Below, piece after piece: positions 17,869 to 26,856 of a DNA stretch of 48,829 bases. Below the pieces are notes generated by a model. That model did not search any database. It saw nothing but the letters and a program-made list of their open reading frames with translations, and was not told the DNA's origin. Source of the stretch: a virus. Taxonomy: Duplodnaviria > Heunggongvirae > Uroviricota > Caudoviricetes. A program made the translations under genes and the position numbers. The stretch's first letter is position 1. Each line of letters begins with the position of its first letter. Location: the IMG/VR virus record IMGVR_UViG_3300005544_000021. One strand, 5' to 3'.

Positions 17869-20157
17869 TTATGGATACCATTCAAGTATTGCACATCCTG
17901 CTGTTCCTGCTGCTCCAGCCCTATTTGCTGCATTTGAATCATAACCCCCTCCTCCAGCCCCGCCATATCCAATTCCAGCCACACCATTTCCAACAATAGC
18001 AGATTGTTTACCAAACCCAAAACCCAAACCAGTATGAGAAGAAAACGATCCTGATAAACCTAATGCCCCAACAAACCCAGTGAAGTTTAAGTCTCCGTTA
18101 GTTCCTCCTCCTCCAGTTCCATTTGTTCCTGAAGTTCCCCCTGCGGCACCCGCTCCTCCTGTACCTTTACCCGCAGTTAGGGTTGTAATGGTTTGAGAAC
18201 CTGATGCTAGTATTGTATCACCCCCGTCGCCCCCAGCCTGATTTCCTGATGATCCAGCCGACCCCGCCGCCCCAATTGTTAAGGCCAAAGTATTTCCTGG
18301 AGTCAGTCCTGTTAGATATTTAACTAAAACTCCTCCAACGCCCCCAGCCCCTCCAAAAGAAGCGGCGCCAGTGGGACTACCGCAAATACAATCTAGAGTG
18401 CCTCTAACACAACCTCCACCCCCGCCGCCTCCTCCAACTAACGTCACTTTTAGTTTTGTCATTCCTGTTGGAATAGTTAAGGTAGCTGAAGCGGTGCGAA
18501 TATCTGCTGATCCCCCACCCCCACTTGCACTAATGCTAGTTAAACCAGCACCATTTCCGAAAAATCCAGCGGTATTAGCAATTGTTGTACCAATTTGGAT
18601 TCCATCAGGAGTAATATTTGCTGTAACGGTAGAATTTGCAAATTTAAGTAATATAGAATTAGCTGTGCTATTCGCCGTACTATTACCAAACAATAGAGTA
18701 GTAGCAAAAATGTCCCCATTAACGTGAAGTGTGTGAAGGGGAGATGTTGTTTTAATTCCAACATTCGCTCCCGAGTCAATTCTCATCACTTCATTTAAAG
18801 TATTTGAAGTACCTGTGGTCCAAAAAGTTATGCGTCCAGGCATTTGGGTTGAATTTGCTGTGCCATCAGAATCCATACGAATCTGAGCGGCATTGACGAA
18901 ATCTATACCATTATCCCCATAAGCAATAAATCTAGAAAGAACATCCCCCGAACTAATAATCCCCCGTGTCCCAACTACAGTTCCTCGGCTTTTTGCCCCC
19001 CCAAGAGTTGGTGCTACTGCCGCTGTACCACTATTTTTCCAGGTATAAGCAACCGTTGTTCCCCCTATGGCTCCAGTGCCATGATATTGTAATAACGGAG
19101 AATAAACATTTCCTGATTCAACGGGGACAGAAGTTTGGGTACCAATATACAATGTACCCAAAGTACTAAGCAAAATGTTTGCTGAAGCAAAAGCAGTCGT
19201 ATTAATTAATACATCCGGGCCAACATTAATTACTGTGGGCTGAAGGTTTAAGGTGGCCGTTGAATTTGCCAAGGAAATTAAGACAGAATTAGCTAATAAA
19301 TTTGCCGTGGAATTACCAACCAATAATTTGGTTACATCAAGAAATACATTAGCCCCGGCAACGTATGCAGTTGCATTTATTGTTGAGCTTCCAATCACAA
19401 GTTGTGTGGGCTGAAGATTAGCAATTCCTGTGGTGTTTGCCAAAGAAACAAGAATGCTATTTGCTGTCAAATTTGCGGTAGAATTACCGACACTTAATTT
19501 TGTAGTGTTTAAAAATACATTTGCCCCCGAAGCAAAAGATGTGGTATTAATGGTAATAGAACCAAGAACAATTTGCGTGGGCTGAAGGTTTAAAGTTGCC
19601 GTAGAATTTGCCAGAGAAACTAAAATAGAGTTTGCAAGTAGATTAGCTGTGCTATTCCCAACACTCACTTTAGTCGTGTCAATAAAAACATTAGCTCCAG
19701 CTATATAGGCTGAAGAATTAACTGTGGAACCCCCAATTATCAGGGTAAATGGAGTTAGGTTTGCCGTCCCTGTTGAATTTGCAACCGACACAAGGATAGA
19801 GTTAGCATTAAGGTTAGCAGTAGAGTTTCCAACACTTATTAAAGCTTGAGTGAAAAGAACGTTTGCTCCGACAGCTATGGCCGTGGTATTAGCGTTTATG
19901 TTTCCAAGAGCAAGAGCTGTAGTATTAAGAACAGAATTGCCGGCCGCAAAACCAATTGGACTTAAATTTAGAATCGCCGTGGCATTTGATAAACCAACAA
20001 AAATTGAGTTGGCAATCAAATTTGCCGTGGTGTTTCCAACCCAAAATGTTGAAGTGTTTATTGTAAGGTTTGAAGCAACGGCTACTGCCGTTGAATTTAT
20101 AACAACGAAATTATTTACGTTGAGCCCATTACGAGCAAAAAATGAAGTATTAGCCAA
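17869..20157 (-). CDS. Tail fibre / adhesin with N-S-T-rich repeats and Gly-rich C-terminal tip
   Basis: GNSTANLLANSIL..ANSTA..NL.PT repeats, MRIDSGANVGI module, GGGGGGGG tip ending ILEWYP; TTG start. Confidence 0.85.
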   Translation of the reverse strand: MANTSFFARNGLNVNNFVVINSTAVAVASNLTINTSTFWVGNTTANLIANSIFVGLSNATAILNLSPIGFAAGNSVLNTTALALGNINANTTAIAVGANVLFTQALISVGNSTANLNANSILVSVANSTGTANLTPFTLIIGGSTVNSSAYIAGANVFIDTTKVSVGNSTANLLANSILVSLANSTATLNLQPTQIVLGSITINTTSFASGANVFLNTTKLSVGNSTANLTANSILVSLANTTGIANLQPTQLVIGSSTINATAYVAGANVFLDVTKLLVGNSTANLLANSVLISLANSTATLNLQPTVINVGPDVLINTTAFASANILLSTLGTLYIGTQTSVPVESGNVYSPLLQYHGTGAIGGTTVAYTWKNSGTAAVAPTLGGAKSRGTVVGTRGIISSGDVLSRFIAYGDNGIDFVNAAQIRMDSDGTANSTQMPGRITFWTTGTSNTLNEVMRIDSGANVGIKTTSPLHTLHVNGDIFATTLLFGNSTANSTANSILLKFANSTVTANITPDGIQIGTTIANTAGFFGNGAGLTSISASGGGGSADIRTASATLTIPTGMTKLKVTLVGGGGGGGGCVRGTLDCICGSPTGAASFGGAGGVGGVLVKYLTGLTPGNTLALTIGAAGSAGSSGNQAGGDGGDTILASGSQTITTLTAGKGTGGAGAAGGTSGTNGTGGGGTNGDLNFTGFVGALGLSGSFSSHTGLGFGFGKQSAIVGNGVAGIGYGGAGGGGYDSNAANRAGAAGTAGCAILEWYP

Positions 20158-20184
20158 AGATTCCCTGTCCTCTTTTGGTTATGT

Positions 20185-20218
20185 TATTTAATAAAGATAT
20201 TTAGGGATTATATATTTA
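20185..20218 (-). promoter_or_regulatory. Cluster of three TAAATA late-promoter-like boxes upstream of fibre gene 20157
   Basis: Minus-strand TAAATA at 20185-20190, 20198-20203 and 20213-20218. Confidence 0.4.
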
Positions 20219-20221
20219 CCT

Positions 20222-21961
20222 TTATGGATACCATTCAAATATTGCAGCCCCTGCTGTTCCAGCTCCCCCTGTTTTATTTGTAGTTGCTGTTTGTCCTCCT
20301 CCACCACCTCCTCCATAGCCATTTCCAGGATTACCGTTCGCATCACTTGTGCGGGGTTCTCCGGGGATACCTAAACTTAAACCTGAAACACCCCCCGCCA
20401 CTCCTGTAATATTAAGATCACCATTCGTCCCTGTCCCTGATGCCCCCGCCGCTCCTTGGGCTCCTGTTCCTGCTGAACCTCCAATTCCCTTTGATGCCGT
20501 TAAAGTTGTAATGCTTTGGCTTCCTGATGCTAAAGTAGTATCTCCTCCATTTCCTCCTGCGGCCGGAGTTGACGCCCCCGCCGAGCCTGCTGCCCCAATC
20601 GTTAAGGCTAATGTATTTCCCGGAGTCAGACCTGATAGATATTTTACAACAACTCCTCCAGGCCCCCCCTTTCCACCAGTTCCCGCCGCGCACCCACCAA
20701 CGGCAGCCCCTCCTCCTCCCCCACCCCCTCCAATTAGGGTGACTTTTAATTTTGTGGCTCCCGTTGGAATTGTGATTGTTGCAGTAGCTGTGCGAATATC
20801 AACTACGCCGGTAATTGCAACTGCTATGCTTGTTAAACCAGCTCCATTTCCAAAAAAGCCAGCGGTATTAGCAATCGTGGTTCCGACTTTCATTCCATCG
20901 GGGGTGACGTTTGTTGTTGCTGTGGAATTTGCTGCGGAAATAAGAATTGAGTTACTAAACACATTTGCTGTTGAATTGCCAACAAAAATCGTGTTACTTG
21001 AAAAATCGCCATTAACTTGCAGAGTATAAGCAGGAGCTGTAGTTCTGATTCCAACATTCGCTCCTGAGTCAATTCTCATTCTTTCAGAAGGAGTATTTGA
21101 ACCAGGGGGTGTTGTCCAAAATGAAAGATGTCCGGGCATTTGGGTTGAATTTGCCGTACCATCAACTACGAAACGAATTCGGGCTGCGGCAATAAAATCA
21201 AGGCCGTTGTCGCCGTAACCGTGAATGTTTAATAATACATCGCCAGAAGACATCACGCCGCGTGTTCCTACAGTCGCCCCTCTACTGTGACCCCCACCAA
21301 TAATTGATCCTGTGGTTCCTGTTGCATTCCAAGTATAAGCTACAGACAAAGCTTGCGTTAGATTATGAATTTGAAATGGAACAATGACTGCATTTGCTGG
21401 ATTTACAGGATATGAAGTAACTGAACCAATTAAAACAGCATTTGAAACACTGACAATATTTGAAGTTTTATCAAAAACAAATCCCGCACTCGCCCCCGTA
21501 GCCCCCGAATCATTAAATTGAACTTGCGTATTTGCTCCTGCTGGCGCAGCCGTGGCAGTAATGCTCGTTAAACCAGCACCATTTCCAAAGAAACCAGCGG
21601 CGTTTGCAATTGTATTTGCCCCAACTTTTATACCATCGGCCGTAACGTTTGTGGTTTGAACAGAATTGGCGACTTGAAAGATAACAGAATTAGAAAGAGA
21701 ATTTGCGATGGTATTTCCAAAAAACATTTTCACTGTATCAAAATAAACATTTGCTCCAGCAATATGAGCTGTAGAATTTACAGTGGAAGAACCAATTTGA
21801 AGATTGGCAATGGTAAGATTGGCCAAAAATGTAGAATTTGAAATTTGAAGAATTGAAGAATTACAAAATAGATTGACTGAAATGTTTTCAGTCTTAATTG
21901 TTAGATTTTGCCCATGAAGGCGACTACCTTTTCCGCTTCTTGACCCTGGTGTTATAAACAT
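20222..21961 (-). CDS. Tail fibre / adhesin paralog with Gly-rich tip
   Basis: QVQFNDSGA module, ERMRIDSGANVGIRTT module, tip near-identical in layout to that of 17869..20157, ending IFEWYP. Confidence 0.85.
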   Translation of the reverse strand: MFITPGSRSGKGSRLHGQNLTIKTENISVNLFCNSSILQISNSTFLANLTIANLQIGSSTVNSTAHIAGANVYFDTVKMFFGNTIANSLSNSVIFQVANSVQTTNVTADGIKVGANTIANAAGFFGNGAGLTSITATAAPAGANTQVQFNDSGATGASAGFVFDKTSNIVSVSNAVLIGSVTSYPVNPANAVIVPFQIHNLTQALSVAYTWNATGTTGSIIGGGHSRGATVGTRGVMSSGDVLLNIHGYGDNGLDFIAAARIRFVVDGTANSTQMPGHLSFWTTPPGSNTPSERMRIDSGANVGIRTTAPAYTLQVNGDFSSNTIFVGNSTANVFSNSILISAANSTATTNVTPDGMKVGTTIANTAGFFGNGAGLTSIAVAITGVVDIRTATATITIPTGATKLKVTLIGGGGGGGGAAVGGCAAGTGGKGGPGGVVVKYLSGLTPGNTLALTIGAAGSAGASTPAAGGNGGDTTLASGSQSITTLTASKGIGGSAGTGAQGAAGASGTGTNGDLNITGVAGGVSGLSLGIPGEPRTSDANGNPGNGYGGGGGGGQTATTNKTGGAGTAGAAIFEWYP

Positions 21962-21999
21962 ATATCACTTTCATACATTTTTAATTATTAAGACAGTAT

Positions 22000-24174
22000 T
22001 TAAATGGCCCCATAAAAATCATGGATAAAACGTGCCGCTGTCACATAACCAAGATCATAACCATTCACAACAATGTCCGAGGAGTTTGCCACACAATTCA
22101 CCGTGCTGTTTCCAATATTTAAAAGTGTGTTATTAAGAAACACATTTGCCCCAGTAGTATAGGCTGTAGAGTTTACCGTTGAACTCCCAATAACCAGCGT
22201 TGTGGGGGTTAGATTTGCTATTCCTGTGGCATTAGAAACCTGAAAGATAATAGAATTTGAAATAGAATTTGCGATGCTATTTCCCATTGACATTTTAACT
22301 GTATCAACGAAAACATTCGCCCCAGCGGCATAGGCAGTACCATTAACGGTAGAAACGCCGATGACTAAAGTAGCAGGACTTAAGTTTGCCGTCGCTGTAG
22401 AATTTGCCAGAGTTATAAGAATACTGTTTGATAACAAATTCGCCGTAGAATTTCCAATTGACAAGGTAGTTGTAGAAAGAAAAACGTTGGCTCCCGCAGT
22501 ATAAGCAGTAGCGTTAACGGTGGAAGCCCCGATGACTAAAGCCGCAGGATTTAGATTTGCCGTTGCTGTTGAGTTGGCCAGAGTTATAAGAATCGAGTTG
22601 GCAAGTAAGTTAGCGGTTGTATTTCCGATACTTAATTTTGTCGTATCAAGGAAAACGTTAGCCCCGGCAATATGGGCTGTGGAGTTAACTGTCGCACTTC
22701 CAATTATAAGCTGGGTGGGTTGAAGATTTGCGGTTCCCGTTGAGTTTGCCAAAGAAACAAGAATGCTATTTGCTAATAGATTAGCTGTAGAGTTTCCGAT
22801 ACTTAATTTTGTAGTATCAAGAAAGACGTTAGCCCCGGATATAAATGCTGTGGTATTTACGCTTGCCGAACCAAGAACAATTTGTGTGGGCTGAAGATTT
22901 AAAGTTGCCGTGGCATTGGCTACTTGGATTAAAATAGAATTTGCAAAAACGTTTGCAGTAGAATTTCCAAGCAGTAATGTAGTGACTAAAATGTCTCCAT
23001 TAACTTCAAGTTTATGTGCGGGGGCAGTTGTGCCAATACCTGTATTTCCCCCGCTATCAATTCTCATTACTTCATTAAGAGTATTTGAGGCCCCTGTGGT
23101 TGAAAATGTAATACGTCCTGGCATCTGAGTAGCATTTGCCGTGCCATCAACGAGCATTTGAATTCGGGCCGCATTAACAAAATCTGTAGCATTATCGCCA
23201 TAAGCAATAACGGAACATAAAACATCCCCCGAAGAAACAACAGCATGGGTTCCGGGCACAACGCCCCGACTTTTTGCACCCCCAATTACTGGAGCCGCAC
23301 TAGCAACTGCGCTGTTTTTCCAGTTATAGGCTAGCAAAGAACCTTGAAACGTCCCCGAACCATGGGCTTGAAGTTGAGGATTTACAGTATTTCCCGATTC
23401 AACGGGAGCATTCGTATATGGATTACCAATATAAAATGTACCAAGCGTACTTAAGAATATATTAGCCGACCCGTAAGATGTTGTATTAATGAATAAATCG
23501 GCCCCAACATTGATACCAGCCGGAGTTACGTTTACTGTTGATGTAGAATTTGAAACCTTAACTAGAATAGAGTTAGCAAGTAGGTTTGCTACGGAATTAC
23601 CAACACTTAAAGTTGTGGTAGAAAGAAAAACATTCGCCCCGGCTGCATAAGCAGTAGCGTTAACGGTGGAACCCCCAATGACTAATGTTGCGGGACTTAA
23701 GTTTGCAGTTGCTGTAGAGTTTGCTAAGGTAACAAGAATTGAATTAGCAAGCAAATTTGCGGTGCTATTACCAAAAGACATTTTCACGGTGTCAAAGAAT
23801 ACGTTAGCTCCCGATATAAAAGCTGTAGTATTAACTGACGCCGAACCAAGAACAATTTGTGTGGGCTGAAGATTTAAAGTGGCCGTAGAATTTACGACCT
23901 GCATTAATATTGAATTAGCAAATGAATAGGCAATGGTATTACCAATTCCTAATGTAGTTGAATTTATTGTTACATTTGTTCCTAGAAGAAGGGTATTCGC
24001 AAGATTTACAGTGTTTGTGGTATAATTGAAAGTAAAGCCAGTTGAGCCAGCTTCTACTCCACTGTTAGCAAAAATAACTTGAGCATTTGTAACACTAGTA
24101 TTTGTGCTCCCAGTACTTGGTAGAGGTTTACCGCTTCTACCTCTACCAGCTCTGGAACCCGATGATATGAACAT
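22000..24174 (-). CDS. Tail fibre shaft protein with many ~55-aa N-S-T-rich repeats
   Basis: Repeats GANVFLDTTKLSIGNSTANLLANSIL..LANSTATANL.P; MRIDSGGNTGIGTT module. Confidence 0.85.
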   Translation of the reverse strand: MFISSGSRAGRGRSGKPLPSTGSTNTSVTNAQVIFANSGVEAGSTGFTFNYTTNTVNLANTLLLGTNVTINSTTLGIGNTIAYSFANSILMQVVNSTATLNLQPTQIVLGSASVNTTAFISGANVFFDTVKMSFGNSTANLLANSILVTLANSTATANLSPATLVIGGSTVNATAYAAGANVFLSTTTLSVGNSVANLLANSILVKVSNSTSTVNVTPAGINVGADLFINTTSYGSANIFLSTLGTFYIGNPYTNAPVESGNTVNPQLQAHGSGTFQGSLLAYNWKNSAVASAAPVIGGAKSRGVVPGTHAVVSSGDVLCSVIAYGDNATDFVNAARIQMLVDGTANATQMPGRITFSTTGASNTLNEVMRIDSGGNTGIGTTAPAHKLEVNGDILVTTLLLGNSTANVFANSILIQVANATATLNLQPTQIVLGSASVNTTAFISGANVFLDTTKLSIGNSTANLLANSILVSLANSTGTANLQPTQLIIGSATVNSTAHIAGANVFLDTTKLSIGNTTANLLANSILITLANSTATANLNPAALVIGASTVNATAYTAGANVFLSTTTLSIGNSTANLLSNSILITLANSTATANLSPATLVIGVSTVNGTAYAAGANVFVDTVKMSMGNSIANSISNSIIFQVSNATGIANLTPTTLVIGSSTVNSTAYTTGANVFLNNTLLNIGNSTVNCVANSSDIVVNGYDLGYVTAARFIHDFYGAI

Positions 24175-24197
24175 TGATTTTTATTTCCTACTAATTA

Positions 24198-24611
24198 TTA
24201 AAAGTCGCCGTAATTGCTTGTCAAATGAATTGTTTTGCCTGAGGTAACAGTTGAAAGAGCTTTTGCAGTTAAGGTGTCTCCATTCTGCAAAAAGATATAT
24301 TGCTGTCCATCATTATCAACGGGAAGTCCAGGTAAAAGGGTTGTCCCTAAAAGATTAACAGAAGCTGTGCTGCCATCTGTTCCTGAAGCAGCGGGAATAG
24401 AAACGCTACCCAAAACATAAGCCGTTGAGCTTCGGGTAACAGAAATCTGCACTACCCGAGATGAAGTATCATCAGAGGCGGCAATTAAAGACGTAACCTT
24501 AGAACCTGAAGCTCCGGCAGTTATAACAGTTTTTTGGTTGGACGCATCAGCGTTAACTATTTGGACGACCCCGATTTTTGGGGTTTGTAAGACGACAGGG
24601 GTAGATGCCAT
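24198..24611 (-). CDS. Probable small virion structural protein (beta-rich), 137 aa
   Basis: S/T/V-rich beta-type sequence located between fibre genes. Confidence 0.6.
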   Translation of the reverse strand: MASTPVVLQTPKIGVVQIVNADASNQKTVITAGASGSKVTSLIAASDDTSSRVVQISVTRSSTAYVLGSVSIPAASGTDGSTASVNLLGTTLLPGLPVDNDGQQYIFLQNGDTLTAKALSTVTSGKTIHLTSNYGDF

Positions 24612-24617
24612 TTAGTT

Positions 24618-25898
24618 TTATATTCCTCCATATATACGATGAATAACTTCGGCCACAGTATAGGTTATATCATAGCCGCCTACTTTTAGACTTAATGAGT
24701 TTGCAACTAAATTGACTGTTGAATTACCCATTTGTATTGTGCTAGTATTTATAGAAACGTTTACACCAACATCAATAGTGTTGGAAACAGCTAAGGTATT
24801 GCTTGTCTTATTAAAAACTAACCCCAAACTGCCGTTTGCAAAGCCTCCATCATTAAATTGAATTTCAGTGTCATCCCCTGAAACTCCAGCCGTTACGGCT
24901 ACTCCATTTATGTAAAATCCTGTGGCATTTACTGTCGTATTTACCGAGGAATTCCCAATAGCCAATTGGCCCATGTCCAGAAGAACATTTGCTCCTGCCA
25001 TGAAGGCTATGGTATTAATAACCATCCCCCCCGTACCGCCAACACTTAATCCTAGAGCATTAACGATAGAAGGCCCAATAACCAAAGCAGTAGGAGAAAG
25101 GTTAGCAATTCCCGTAGAATTTGACACCGAAAGAAGAATTGAATTCGCCAATAAATTTGCCGAGCTATTTCCGATTACAAATTTTGTGGTATCAAGAAAA
25201 ACATTGGCTCCTATTCCTATTCCTACCGAGTTAATAAAACTATTTCCCAGAGAAAATAAGGAAGCTGATAAATTTGCCATCACGGTAGAGTTGGCTGCAA
25301 GTTTCAAGATGGTGGCATTTGACATGATGTTTACCGTGCTATTTCCCGAAAAGAAAATAGCTGAATTTAAGGTATTTGAAACAAACACTGTGTTTGTTAG
25401 TTTATCAAACGTAAAAGCCCCGGAGCCTTCGTAGATTTCCGAATCATTAAACTGAATTGAACCATTTGGACCCCCAGGTTCATTAACATAAACCCAAGTA
25501 CCATTAGAATAACATTCCAGGGTTCCAACTTCTTCATTATAACGAAAATAACCATTTGCCGCAGGTATCGGACGATCTGAATTATTTCCCAGAGGGATAA
25601 TCGCTGCCCCTGGAGCATTCCAAATTAAATGAGTATTTGCATAGGCATTAGAAACGAATGCAGTCTGGAGATACGTATTAGTTACAAATAATCCAGTGTC
25701 TAAACCTGATTCAGCGAGAAGAAATGTAGTGTTTTGATTAGCGGAATATAATTTCTGATCCGCAAAATTTATTGCCAAATCTCCCGGACTTATATCATCA
25801 GTTGTAGGCACTTCCCCAGCCGAGTTACTTGCTAGAATTTGTGTATACTTAAATCGGCCTTTAATTAACCTGCGATTAAAAGAAGTGACTGTATCCAA
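24618..25898 (-). CDS. Tail fibre protein with N-terminal attachment-type domain
   Basis: SNSAGEVPTTDDISPGDLAINFADQKLYS, IPLGNNSDRP...GYFRYN, two IQFND modules and N-S-T repeats. Confidence 0.8.
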   Translation of the reverse strand: MDTVTSFNRRLIKGRFKYTQILASNSAGEVPTTDDISPGDLAINFADQKLYSANQNTTFLLAESGLDTGLFVTNTYLQTAFVSNAYANTHLIWNAPGAAIIPLGNNSDRPIPAANGYFRYNEEVGTLECYSNGTWVYVNEPGGPNGSIQFNDSEIYEGSGAFTFDKLTNTVFVSNTLNSAIFFSGNSTVNIMSNATILKLAANSTVMANLSASLFSLGNSFINSVGIGIGANVFLDTTKFVIGNSSANLLANSILLSVSNSTGIANLSPTALVIGPSIVNALGLSVGGTGGMVINTIAFMAGANVLLDMGQLAIGNSSVNTTVNATGFYINGVAVTAGVSGDDTEIQFNDGGFANGSLGLVFNKTSNTLAVSNTIDVGVNVSINTSTIQMGNSTVNLVANSLSLKVGGYDITYTVAEVIHRIYGGI

Positions 25899-25901
25899 TT
25901 T

Positions 25902-26249
25902 TTATTTTACCTCGGCATCTCTCCTGATCAAGTTAATCGCATAATTTAATTCTTCCTGGGTATCCATGTTTTTAATTTTTGCAAATTCGTTGTCCATGAT
26001 AGTAAGAACTTTATAGAGGGCCGAATTAGATTGAAACCTACGAGTGGTTCCAACAAAACTAGTCGGGGATGCCTCTCTTTCTTGTTTGAGCTTCAAGGCA
26101 GCTTCTTCTAATTTGCTGTTTTTAGTTTTAAGAATGTCGTTTTTAATTTGTTCCATCATATATTTTTTATTCAATTCCGCAAATTCATAGTGGAGTTTGT
26201 TAATATATAAACTAACAAACTCTCCCGAAACTTCTTCATCCTCTGTCAT
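25902..26249 (-). CDS. Hypothetical coiled-coil protein
   Basis: 115-aa charged helical frame with AAGGA RBS. Confidence 0.6.
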   Translation of the reverse strand: MTEDEEVSGEFVSLYINKLHYEFAELNKKYMMEQIKNDILKTKNSKLEEAALKLKQEREASPTSFVGTTRRFQSNSALYKVLTIMDNEFAKIKNMDTQEELNYAINLIRRDAEVK

Positions 26250-26271
26250 ACATTAATCCTTTATATTTTTT

Positions 26272-26520
26272 TTAAGCACCATCTTCCTCTTCCGTAACAG
26301 GCTTGGTTGACGCATTAACATCCAAAGATTTTGATGCTACGGGGGGGCTCTTTACTTCCTCGGCATCCTGAATCTTTCTATTCCAGAATACCGCTACTTC
26401 GGCAACTTGTAATCCAGCGTGTTTTACTGCCATATCTAGAAGTTGGGTTAGGGCTTCATATGCTTCTTTTGGGGCGACAATTTTCATTTCAGCCATTATA
26501 TCTATTTTCTCCTTTTTCAA
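26272..26520 (-). CDS. Hypothetical protein, 82 aa
   Basis: Open frame with GAGAG upstream; co-oriented. Confidence 0.6.
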   Translation of the reverse strand: MKKEKIDIMAEMKIVAPKEAYEALTQLLDMAVKHAGLQVAEVAVFWNRKIQDAEEVKSPPVASKSLDVNASTKPVTEEEDGA

Positions 26521-26528
26521 TTCTCTCT

Positions 26529-26855
26529 CTATATTCTTGTTACCATGGGGCGAATAGTCAAAATCCCCTCAACGATTCTCTCAACGGTTCCGGTGTTTGA
26601 CGATAAGTCCACATCATAGACATATCTTCCCGACGTAATATTTGCCGTTTGATTTGCCGTGAGTGCAATATTTATATTGCCATTACTTACTTCCGTTGTA
26701 AATGACACATAAGTGTTGGATTCATAATATTTCCGAAATTGAGCCTCGGAAGTGTAATCAGTCAAGTCTCGGGCATCCCCATTGCTATCCAAAACTGAAA
26801 TATTGGCGGAAAAAGTTGTACCTTGATCTATTGCAAGATTTCTTTGATTAGCCAT
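26529..26855 (-). CDS. Conserved T4-like virion protein (BppU/LtfC-like beta-sandwich)
   Basis: NLAIDQGTTF...DLTDYT..AQFRK...IALTANQTANI.SGRYVYDV...RIVEG..TIRP.VTR. Confidence 0.75.
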   Translation of the reverse strand: MANQRNLAIDQGTTFSANISVLDSNGDARDLTDYTSEAQFRKYYESNTYVSFTTEVSNGNINIALTANQTANITSGRYVYDVDLSSNTGTVERIVEGILTIRPMVTRI

Positions 26856-26856
26856 A

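Noticed and set aside
17869-20830. Diversity-generating retroelement (template/variable repeat pair) in the duplicated fibre tips
   Set aside because: Both copies are coding ends of full genes, they differ by indels and varied substitutions rather than an obvious adenine-only pattern, and no reverse transcriptase is in the window.
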